Shown: in pieces, positions 36,051-43,805 of the stretch
Numbering within the stretch: position 1 is the stretch's first letter
Layout of the letters: each line of letters begins with the position of its first letter
Assembly (NCBI GenBank): GCA_017558775.1
Contig: JAFYTP010000075.1
Coordinates: forward strand, 2,228 to 66,227
Length of the DNA stretch: 64,000 nucleotides
Direction of reading: 5' to 3'
From: Bacteroidales bacterium
GTDB taxonomy: Bacteria; Bacteroidota; Bacteroidia; Bacteroidales; UBA932
Made by a program: the position numbers and the translations under genes
Notes under the pieces: generated by a model
Database searches by the model: none
Told to the model about the DNA's origin: nothing
The model's input: only the letters and a program-made list of their open reading frames with translations

Positions 36051-36863
36051 ATGTCCCTCCCGAACAAGACCCAGCTCCTCCCCGACCGCCCCGGCATTCC
36101 GCCGATGGCCGCGATGCCCGAGGCCGAAACCATCGACACCGCCGCCCTGGCGCGGGCTTATGCCGATGGCGACATCGACCTGATCTGCGTCCTCGGCCCC
36201 ACCGCCTCCGGAAAAACTCGCTACGCGGTTCAGCTCGCGCGGGCCCTGGGCAATGCCGAGATCCTTTCGGCCGATTCCCGGCAGGTGTACCGCGGGATGG
36301 ACATCGGCACCGGGAAGGACCTCGACGAGTATGGGGAGATGCCGTACCACCTCATCGACCTGGTCCCCGCGGGAAGCAAATACAACATCTACGAGTATCA
36401 GGGGGCCTTTGCCGATGCTTATGCCGATGTGCGCTCCCGGGGACGGATCCCCATCCTCTGCGGCGGCTCCGGCCTCTACATCGAATCCGCCACGCGTGCG
36501 TATAAATTTGATAAGGAAAACGGTGTCCCCGCCGACCGCCTCCCGCAAAAGACCTTCTACATCGGCACCCTCGTCTCCCGCGAGGAACGCGTCGCGCGCA
36601 TCGACAAGCGCCTGGACGAACGGTTGGAAGACGGTCTCGCGGAAGAAGTCCAAGGCCTTCTAAACAGTGGTATCCCGGCCGAGGACCTTCTCTGGTACGG
36701 CCTTGAATACAAATTCGTTACGCAGTATTTACTGCAGGAGATTTCCTACGAAGAAATGCGCATCCTCCTCGCCAACGCCATCCACCAGTTCGCCAAACGC
36801 CAAATGACCTGGTTCCGCGGCATGGAACGCGACGGCGTCCGCATCCACTGGGTCAAGCCCTAG
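36051..36863 (+). CDS. miaA: MiaA-like tRNA dimethylallyltransferase with an internal deletion
   Basis: Motifs [37 protein letters not shown] and [10 protein letters not shown]. Central helical domain is missing. Confidence 0.85.
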   Translation: MSLPNKTQLLPDRPGIPPMAAMPEAETIDTAALARAYADGDIDLICVLGPTASGKTRYAVQLARALGNAEILSADSRQVYRGMDIGTGKDLDEYGEMPYHLIDLVPAGSKYNIYEYQGAFADAYADVRSRGRIPILCGGSGLYIESATRAYKFDKENGVPADRLPQKTFYIGTLVSREERVARIDKRLDERLEDGLAEEVQGLLNSGIPAEDLLWYGLEYKFVTQYLLQEISYEEMRILLANAIHQFAKRQMTWFRGMERDGVRIHWVKP

Positions 36864-37748
36864 CTATTGCTTCGAAGGTTGATGAGAGAATGACCGACGC
36901 GGGCCCTCGGCTTCGCGCCAGTAAGCCGCATCGAAGTCCGTAGGATACTTGAAACCTTCCCCTTCGTGTTCCAGCCGGAAGGCCACGTAAGTGATTGGCA
37001 GGCCCATCTTTAAGAACATTGATTCATAGAATGTTTGCACCTCGAACACTGCCGGAAGATCCGGTAGTTCAGGCAGGGTATCCTTTTGCCCATCGGAGAT
37101 GGGAGGGGTCGCGAAGCGACGGTTTTCAGAAGGATACCCTGTCTGAACGCCATCGCGATAAATATCCGTCCCGAAAGCAAGCACTTGCAGGTTATTTTCC
37201 CGGATAACGGACATCGTATATTCGTAAAGGAAACGAGAGTCCGTCTTCAGATGGACAATACCGTTGGGTTTAAGGAAACGGTGGTAGCGCTGGAGGAAGA
37301 GGGGCGAGGTGAGGCGGGAGTTTTCGCTGCCGCGGAGTTGGGGGTCGGAGAAGGTGAGCCAGATTTCGGAGATCTCGCCCGGACCGAAGAAGGCGTCGAT
37401 GAACTCGATTCGGGTGCGGAGGAAGGCGACATTGCCCATGTTCTCCTCCGTGGCCTCCTTGGCGCCCTTCCACAGGCGTGCGCCTTTGATATCGACCCCG
37501 ATGAAGTTCATCTCCGGATGCCTGCGAGCCAATGCGATCGTATAATCACCCTTCCCGCAGCCCAGTTCCACCACGATCGGCTGGTCCTTCGCGAACATGT
37601 CGCGATTCCAGTGTCCTTTAATATCGTGATCCCTGAGAATCAACTCCTTGGAGCCTTCCGGCTTGGCGAGCACCGACGACGCGTCCGGCTGCAACAGGCA
37701 GCGGAACGTCTCGTTCTCGGCGAATTTCTTGAGTTTACCGTGTCCCAT
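36864..37748 (-). CDS. trmB: tRNA (guanine-N7)-methyltransferase, with an in-frame palindromic insertion
   Basis: Motifs ELGCGKG, GVDIKGARLW, FLRTRIE, IWLTFSDPQ, HLKTDS and QTFYE. Confidence 0.93.
   Translation of the reverse strand: MGHGKLKKFAENETFRCLLQPDASSVLAKPEGSKELILRDHDIKGHWNRDMFAKDQPIVVELGCGKGDYTIALARRHPEMNFIGVDIKGARLWKGAKEATEENMGNVAFLRTRIEFIDAFFGPGEISEIWLTFSDPQLRGSENSRLTSPLFLQRYHRFLKPNGIVHLKTDSRFLYEYTMSVIRENNLQVLAFGTDIYRDGVQTGYPSENRRFATPPISDGQKDTLPELPDLPAVFEVQTFYESMFLKMGLPITYVAFRLEHEGEGFKYPTDFDAAYWREAEGPRRSFSHQPSKQ
37067..37148. repeat. Structured palindromic element inserted in-frame in trmB
   Basis: 22-bp arms GTTCAGGCAGGGTATCCTTTTG and CAGAAGGATACCCTGTCTGAAC (two G.T) enclose CCCATC-GGA-GATGGG and GTCGC-GAA-GCGAC. 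Confidence 0.85.
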
Positions 37749-38180
37749 CTAATCTTTCTTACGCTCGACCACCAGGCCCATCCCGCACAGCCCCTCCGGC
37801 GGATTGTTCACCCGCACCGACAGCACCCACTGGCCCCACTCCTCAGGCCGAACCCCGGCCCGGTAAGGCACCCGGATCTGGCGCGAGAAATAGGTCCCCT
37901 GCCCTTCCATCGGCATATACACATCCTCCTTAAACACATGGAAAGAGGGTGAAGTCCAAGTGACTGTCAATGGCAACGCCGTCAGATTCCTCAACGAATC
38001 CATCGGCGCGTCCACCCGGGTATAAAAGTCAAAATCATACGAAGCCGTACTATCCGTCATATCCACAAAGAACGTGTACGGCCCCTCCCCCTTCACGAAC
38101 TTCTCATAAGACATCGGCTCCCGACATCCGGTAAGGGTGGCAAAGGCGACGAGGCAAAGTATGATGGCTTTACGGGTCAT
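37749..38180 (-). CDS. GldH-like lipoprotein
   Basis: Lipobox LTGC, size, and C-terminal GLCGMGLVV. Sits in the conserved position downstream of ricT. Confidence 0.6.
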   Translation of the reverse strand: MTRKAIILCLVAFATLTGCREPMSYEKFVKGEGPYTFFVDMTDSTASYDFDFYTRVDAPMDSLRNLTALPLTVTWTSPSFHVFKEDVYMPMEGQGTYFSRQIRVPYRAGVRPEEWGQWVLSVRVNNPPEGLCGMGLVVERKKD

Positions 38181-38183
38181 AAA

Positions 38184-39356
38184 TTATTCTTTCGGCTTCT
38201 GGCCGCCGCCCTTGTTCCGATTTCTATTCCGATTGTTCTTATTACGACGCTTCTTCTTGCGCGCCTCGTCAAAGCGGGAGATACTATCGTCACCCACAGC
38301 GGTAACGAACTCAGGTGCAACAGGTTCAGCGTCGGGAAGAAGTGTTTCCGGCTTGCGGCCGTTGCGGTTCATCATGATGATTTCGCGGACCTCGGAGGCC
38401 GGAAGCGGATACATCTTTGCGAGGGAGCCCTTCTCGTAGGAGAAGTACATTGTCTCCGAAAGGATGTCCGTCTTCACCAGATAGGCCAGACCGTCCTCGA
38501 ACTCCAGCGGCTCGGAGACCTTCGGAATGCGGGAGTGCGCGTCCATGTAAGCGGCCACCTCATAGTTCAGGCAGCACTTGAGCTTGCCGCACTGGCCCGC
38601 CAGTTTCTGCGGATTCAGGGAAAGGTCCTGCACCCGCGCGGCGGAGGTCGTAATAGACTTGAACTCCGTGATATAGTTCGCGCAGCACAGCTCGCGGCCG
38701 CAGATACCCAGGCCGCCGATCAGACCGGCTTCCTGGCGCGCCCCGATCTGCTTCATCTCCACGCGGATATGGAACTCCTCCGCGAAATCCTTAATCAGCT
38801 GGCGGAAGTCCACGCGACCGTCGGCGATATAGTAGAAGATGGCCTTCGTACCGTCCCCCTGGAACTCCACATCGCCGATCTTCATCTCCAGACCCAGATT
38901 CGCCGCGAGCACGCGGGAACGGATCATCGTCTCCTGCTCCCGGGCGATGGCGTCCTGCCAACGCTCGATGTCATAAGGCTTGGCCTTGCGGTAAATCTTC
39001 CGGAAAGTGGTCTTGTCCGGCTCGATGCCCCGGCATTTCATCTGCCGGCCCACAATCGGTCCCTCCAAGGTCACGATGCCCAGGTCGTGGCCGGTCTGCG
39101 CCTCCACGACGACCAGGTCGCCGGTCTTGATGCTCTGGCCGGAACCATTGACATAGAAGCCTTTGCGGGTATTCTTGAAGCGTACCTCGAACAGATTCCC
39201 ATACTGCTCCTGGCCGATGCCCTTGAGGTAATCGTACACCTCCAGCTTGCAGCAGCCCTGGCGGTAGCGGATCTCCTCCACCCCCGCTTCCTCGTTGCCG
39301 CTGATCACGCAGCCCCGCGAGCAGTCATATCGCACGTTTTCGTTGCTATCCATCAT
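38184..39356 (-). CDS. ricT: RicT/YaaT (PSP1 domain) Fe-S regulatory protein
   Basis: Motifs EVRFKNTRK, RVDFRQL, IGARQEAG, GICGRELCC and KLAGQCGKLKCCLNYE. Confidence 0.9.
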   Translation of the reverse strand: MMDSNENVRYDCSRGCVISGNEEAGVEEIRYRQGCCKLEVYDYLKGIGQEQYGNLFEVRFKNTRKGFYVNGSGQSIKTGDLVVVEAQTGHDLGIVTLEGPIVGRQMKCRGIEPDKTTFRKIYRKAKPYDIERWQDAIAREQETMIRSRVLAANLGLEMKIGDVEFQGDGTKAIFYYIADGRVDFRQLIKDFAEEFHIRVEMKQIGARQEAGLIGGLGICGRELCCANYITEFKSITTSAARVQDLSLNPQKLAGQCGKLKCCLNYEVAAYMDAHSRIPKVSEPLEFEDGLAYLVKTDILSETMYFSYEKGSLAKMYPLPASEVREIIMMNRNGRKPETLLPDAEPVAPEFVTAVGDDSISRFDEARKKKRRNKNNRNRNRNKGGGQKPKE

Positions 39357-40345
39357 AGTGCATTCATATAGAGTCGGTTCACCAGGTCGGTGAACAGGAT
39401 TTTCTGGTTGACGTTGCGTTCCAGCAACAGGAGGGCCCTGTCCAGCGCCGGGAGCGCCTGGCGGGAGAAACTCCGGCGCAGCCTTCCGGCCGCCTCCGTG
39501 CAGAACGCCGCCTCATCTTCGGGCACATCGGCCAAATCCGACAGCCCCTGCTGAATGAGGAAGATGTTCCGCAAACCTTCCCCGGCGACGCGGCAGAAAC
39601 GCTTCTGCTTCTCGCGGGAGCCAAGTTCCGCGACCGCATCCCCCGTTTCCAATGCTCCGAGGAGGTCCTTACGCAGAAGGGCGTCCACCAGATCGTGGAA
39701 CAGGTCGGAAAGCGCGGCCGTATCGGCGGCTTCCCTGGCATGGACCTCCCGGTCTTCCGCCCGGGAAAAAGGCCGCACGCGCAGGAACAGGCAGCGGGAA
39801 TAAATGGTTGTCAATACCTTCTCCGGCTGGAGCGTAACCAGCAGGAACAAAGTCTTCTCCGGCGGTTCCTCCACCATCTTCAGCAGGGCGTTCGCCGCCT
39901 GCTGGTTCATCTTCTCGGGCAGGTACAGCACCACCGTCCGATAACCGCCTTCCACCGCGGAGAGCGAGAGTTTATCCAGGATGGAACGGGCCTCGAAGAC
40001 CGAGATCAGGCTTGACTTACTCTCTATGCCGATGGCCGCGTAAAGTTCGTTCTCGTAGAAACAGGGATTCTCCTGCAGGAGCGTCCGGAACTCGCCGATG
40101 AAATGGTCCGAGACAGGCTTATCCTTGGCCGGGCCCGCGACCGGGAAGACGAAATGGATGTCGGGGTGGATGAGTTTCTTCACCCGGGGATTATGCCCAT
40201 AGACCTCGTCCAGAAAGTCCAGGATGAGCGGGAACGCCGCCCCACCGTCGTTCTGGTGCAGCAGCATCGCATGCGGAATCCGGCCGCTCTCCGCCATCTG
40301 CCGGAGGGCCGCCGCAACCGAAGCGTTGCTGACCGAGAGATCCAT
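39353..40345 (-). CDS. holB: DNA polymerase III delta' subunit
   Basis: Motifs RIPHAMLL, HPDIHFVFP, ANALLKMVEEPP and TIYSRC. Zinc module is absent. Confidence 0.85.
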   Translation of the reverse strand: MDLSVSNASVAAALRQMAESGRIPHAMLLHQNDGGAAFPLILDFLDEVYGHNPRVKKLIHPDIHFVFPVAGPAKDKPVSDHFIGEFRTLLQENPCFYENELYAAIGIESKSSLISVFEARSILDKLSLSAVEGGYRTVVLYLPEKMNQQAANALLKMVEEPPEKTLFLLVTLQPEKVLTTIYSRCLFLRVRPFSRAEDREVHAREAADTAALSDLFHDLVDALLRKDLLGALETGDAVAELGSREKQKRFCRVAGEGLRNIFLIQQGLSDLADVPEDEAAFCTEAAGRLRRSFSRQALPALDRALLLLERNVNQKILFTDLVNRLYMNAL

Positions 40346-40348
40346 AGG

Positions 40349-41326
40349 TTAAAAAGTCCTTTCGCCCACAAAACGGGCTATTTTTGCAAGATACGATTTT
40401 TCTTCCGTTTCCGGAAGTTCTTCCAGGCAGAAAACCGCTTCTTGGATGTATTTCTCCATTTCTTTCACGGCCGATGCGACGCCGTCATGCTCCATGACGA
40501 AGCCTCGCACCCGGACCGCGAGGTCCGGCATATCGGAGATCTGCCCGACAAGCGACCGGATGGTCGATGCCTCTTCCACCGATACGGAATCCAACGCGCA
40601 GAGCAGCGGAAGGGTGATTTTCTGTTCCAGCAGGTCGATGCCCATGGGTTTTCCCAGCCCCTCTCCCCCGGCATAGTCGAAGATGTCGTCCTTGATCTGG
40701 AATGCCAAACCCAGATTCCGCGCATAGCCCTCGAGCGCAGCGGTCCACTCCTCGGGTGCATCGGCAGAAACCGCACCGGCCAGGATGGCCGCCTCGAACA
40801 GGGAGGCCGTCTTGGAGTAGATGATGTGGATGTAATCTTCCCGGGTCGTATCGGCATTGGAAGCCTTCTGCAGCTGCAGGAGCTCCCCTTCCGCGAGGTC
40901 GGAGAGCGTCTTGGAGAACAGGCGGATGACCCGCTCGCTGTAGCGTTCCGCATCCAGGATGCAGCGGATGGCCTTCACCAGCCAGTAGTCCCCCACCAGC
41001 ACCGAAGCCGGGCCGTTCAGGATGGACATGACCGTCGGACGGCCGCGCCGCTGGGAGGCCCCGTCCACGACGTCGTCGTGCAGCAGGGTGGAATTGTGGA
41101 TCAGCTCGGAGGCGGCCGCGAAGCGGATGGAATCCGCCTTAATGCCGCCGCAGGCGCCCGCGGCGAGCAGCGACAACACCGGCCGGAGCATCTTCCCGCC
41201 CTGCGAAAGCAGGGACCGGTTCGTTGCATCCAGCAGGGCGATATCGCTCTTCAGGGATTCGTCCATCAGCGCGGACACTTCCGCCATCGGAGCGGCCAGA
41301 AAGGTCTTGATATCAGAGATATCCAT
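40349..41326 (-). CDS. Polyprenyl diphosphate synthase (IspB-like)
   Basis: Motifs GKMLRP, LLHDDVVD...RRG, KTASLF and FQIKDDIFD. Confidence 0.92.
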   Translation of the reverse strand: MDISDIKTFLAAPMAEVSALMDESLKSDIALLDATNRSLLSQGGKMLRPVLSLLAAGACGGIKADSIRFAAASELIHNSTLLHDDVVDGASQRRGRPTVMSILNGPASVLVGDYWLVKAIRCILDAERYSERVIRLFSKTLSDLAEGELLQLQKASNADTTREDYIHIIYSKTASLFEAAILAGAVSADAPEEWTAALEGYARNLGLAFQIKDDIFDYAGGEGLGKPMGIDLLEQKITLPLLCALDSVSVEEASTIRSLVGQISDMPDLAVRVRGFVMEHDGVASAVKEMEKYIQEAVFCLEELPETEEKSYLAKIARFVGERTF

Positions 41327-41327
41327 T

Positions 41328-41861
41328 CTATTTCAAATAATCGGCAAGTTCCTCCACCGTGTCCGCGAAGACCAGCAGTTCCCGGTCGCGGGGGTCCAGC
41401 ATCCCGGTCGCCACATAGTGATCCAGCAGGGCCTTGAAAGGGTCGAAGAACCCGTCCAGGTTCAGCGCATATACTTTCCCGCCATATCGTCCCAGCTTCG
41501 CCAGCACATGCGTTTCAATGATTTCGTCGAGGGTGCCGATGCCGCCGGGGAGGGCGATGGCAGCCTGTGTCCCCTGCCGCATCCGCTCCTTCCGTTCCGC
41601 CATCGTATCGGCCCAATGGATCTCCGTCAGGCCGTCATACTCGAGTCCGGCCATGAAGCGGGGCAGCACGCCGACATGCTTCCCGCCCAGACGCTTCATC
41701 TCGTCCGCGATGACCCCCATCGTCCCGCGCCAACTGCCGCCGGAAACCAAGGTCCAACCATAAGAGTGCAGCGCGCGAACCACTTCACGCGCTGCCTCGT
41801 TGTACTTAGGGTCGATGTCGCCGCTGGCCGAGCAGAAAACGACAGCCTTGCGCTCCGCCAT
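41328..41861 (-). CDS. LOG-family (TIGR00730) nucleotide phosphoribohydrolase
   Basis: Motifs VFCSAS, GG..GTMG, MAERK and PGGIGTLDE. Confidence 0.9.
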   Translation of the reverse strand: MAERKAVVFCSASGDIDPKYNEAAREVVRALHSYGWTLVSGGSWRGTMGVIADEMKRLGGKHVGVLPRFMAGLEYDGLTEIHWADTMAERKERMRQGTQAAIALPGGIGTLDEIIETHVLAKLGRYGGKVYALNLDGFFDPFKALLDHYVATGMLDPRDRELLVFADTVEELADYLK

Positions 41862-41864
41862 TCC

Positions 41865-42509
41865 TTAGAACAGGACAGCCAGGGTCACCTTGACGCCCTG
41901 ATAGCTCTTGAGGTCGACGTACGAAGACTTGATACCCTTCAAATCATCCTTGTTCAGGCGATCTTCCTTGTACAGTTTTCCAAAGTTCTGGAAAACCTGG
42001 CAGGATACCTGGATATGACGGGTGACTTCCAGTCCGAGACCGGCACCGGCGCCGAACTCGAGCTTGTTCTTGGCCTCAGGAATCGCGGCGTTGATCTTTT
42101 CAACGGTCGTTCCAGCCCTGTTCGTCAGCGATTCCTTCCCCGATACGGCATAGCCGATGAAAGGCTCCACGAAAACGTAAGGACGGAAGGCGACCAGGTC
42201 CGGGCCCCACTGGGCGCCGACGGAAAGCTCCACATAACCGGTCTTGGTTTCCACGGTGTTCTGGGTGCTGTTCTGAGTGAACTTGGCACCTTTCAACTGG
42301 TAACCCAGGGCAGGCTGGATGGCGAAACCGCCGCCCAGGTCGGCTTTGTAGAGGACGCCGGCCTCATAGAGAATCACGTCTTTGTTTTCCTTGGGGTTGT
42401 CCGACCCGCCCACGGTGGAGAGCGTCAGACCGCCTTTCACGCCGAACTGCTGGGCGCTGGCCGCCATCACCGAAGCGAAAAGGGCGGCTATGACTAAGAT
42501 CTTTTTCAT
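41865..42509 (-). CDS. Outer-membrane beta-barrel (porin/PorT-like, OMP_b-brl_2)
   Basis: Signal peptide, FGVKGGL, AIQP and C-terminal Phe. Confidence 0.75.
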   Translation of the reverse strand: MKKILVIAALFASVMAASAQQFGVKGGLTLSTVGGSDNPKENKDVILYEAGVLYKADLGGGFAIQPALGYQLKGAKFTQNSTQNTVETKTGYVELSVGAQWGPDLVAFRPYVFVEPFIGYAVSGKESLTNRAGTTVEKINAAIPEAKNKLEFGAGAGLGLEVTRHIQVSCQVFQNFGKLYKEDRLNKDDLKGIKSSYVDLKSYQGVKVTLAVLF

Positions 42510-42528
42510 ACTTCTTTCAATTTATGAG

Positions 42529-43149
42529 TTAGAAGAACAGAATGGCTAAGGAGAACTTGATACCCTTGAAATTCTTGACATGCTCGGAGAAGCTGCCGGA
42601 AGAGGCGGACTCCTCGTTCATCATCCTCCCCATGTTGTTGAACCACTGGACCGACAGCTGGATGTTTCCGGCGATCTCCAGGCCGCCGCCCAGGCCGAAG
42701 CCGTACTCGAACTTGTTCTTGGCCTGGTCCGTCCAACCCTCGACGCTGTCGGCGCCCCGGTCGGACGAGGTGATCTGGTAGCCGACGAACGGCTCCGCGA
42801 ACACGAACGGGCGGAAAACCATGAGGTCCGGGCCCCACTGGAGTCCCACGGGCACTTCCACGAATCCGGTCTTCACCTTGAAATCCTCCGAACTGGCGGA
42901 ATTCAGCTCGCCGAGACTCGCGCCCTTCACCTGGTACAGGACCGAAGGCTGGATGGCGAAACCGCCGCCCAGGTTGAACTTGTAGGTAAGGCCGGCGTGG
43001 TAGAGGCTGATCGACTCCACGTCTTCAGCGGTGGTCAATTCGGTCTTGGAGGAGGTGATACCGCCCACGATACCGAACTGCGCATGGGCCCGGGCGGCCA
43101 GTAGCAGGGACGCTGCCGCAACGACCGCGAGGGTGATGATCTTTTTCAT
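42529..43149 (-). CDS. Outer-membrane beta-barrel (paralog of 41865..42509)
   Basis: Shared GGGFAIQP...YQ.KG and QWGPDL..FRP.VF.EPF.GY. C-terminal Phe. Confidence 0.75.
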   Translation of the reverse strand: MKKIITLAVVAAASLLLAARAHAQFGIVGGITSSKTELTTAEDVESISLYHAGLTYKFNLGGGFAIQPSVLYQVKGASLGELNSASSEDFKVKTGFVEVPVGLQWGPDLMVFRPFVFAEPFVGYQITSSDRGADSVEGWTDQAKNKFEYGFGLGGGLEIAGNIQLSVQWFNNMGRMMNEESASSGSFSEHVKNFKGIKFSLAILFF

Positions 43150-43151
43150 AC

Positions 43152-43466
43152 TTATAAGTTAGCGTTGATCTTGTCGACAAGGGTGCTCTTGGGCATGGCA
43201 CCGACGGTCTTGTCCACGACCTGGCCGCCCTTGAAGAACAGCAGGGTGGGGATGCTCATGATGCGGTAGCGCATCGCGATCTCGTCGGCATCGTCCACAT
43301 TGACCTTCACGACGGTGATCTTGTCGCCCATCTCCGCCTCGACTTCGTCCAGGAGCGGGGACAGCATGCGGCACGGGCCGCACCAGGTGGCCCAGAAGTC
43401 CACAATCACAAGCTTCTCGTCCGCGAGAAGGCCGTCAAAACTGGTATTGGTTGCGATAATTGCCAT
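43152..43466 (-). CDS. trxA: Thioredoxin
   Basis: WCGPC and SIPTL. Promoter TATATTTG at 43490-43497. Confidence 0.96.
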   Translation of the reverse strand: MAIIATNTSFDGLLADEKLVIVDFWATWCGPCRMLSPLLDEVEAEMGDKITVVKVNVDDADEIAMRYRIMSIPTLLFFKGGQVVDKTVGAMPKSTLVDKINANL

Positions 43467-43508
43467 AATTCTTGGATTTTAGTGTTTCGCAAATATAGGA
43501 ATATTTTT

Positions 43509-43802
43509 TCACAACGCGTCCTCCACCGGGAGGACGTAGGCCCGAAGGCCCAGCTTGGGATTGTCACGGTCGGTCGCGCGGAGGCGGTCCATGATTTCGG
43601 GCGCCAGGTCATTCTCCACCACGGTGAAAAGGGCGTGGTTCTGGGTAGGCCAGGCGTGGTTCCCGAGGTGCGGTTCACCGGTCTCGGAGCCCCGGCCGCC
43701 GATCTCTTCCCAGACGGTGTAGCCCCGCTGGCCGACGGCCTCCAGGAGCTCGACGATCTCCTGGTTGTAGGCTTGGTTATAAACGACGAATATTGCTTTC
43801 AT
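43509..43802 (-). CDS. PG0541-family P-II-like transporter-associated protein
   Basis: RGYT.W..I.GRGS..GEPHLG.HAWP..N, at the end of the RND operon. Confidence 0.85.
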   Translation of the reverse strand: MKAIFVVYNQAYNQEIVELLEAVGQRGYTVWEEIGGRGSETGEPHLGNHAWPTQNHALFTVVENDLAPEIMDRLRATDRDNPKLGLRAYVLPVEDAL

Positions 43803-43805
43803 ATC

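Noticed and set aside
37749-40345. gldH as evidence of gliding motility
   Set aside because: holB-ricT-gldH is a conserved housekeeping cluster also found in non-motile Bacteroidales, and no other gld/spr genes are present.
41865-43149. Tandem porin-family paralogs
   Set aside because: Common duplication in Bacteroidales, with no invertible or phase-variation signals seen.
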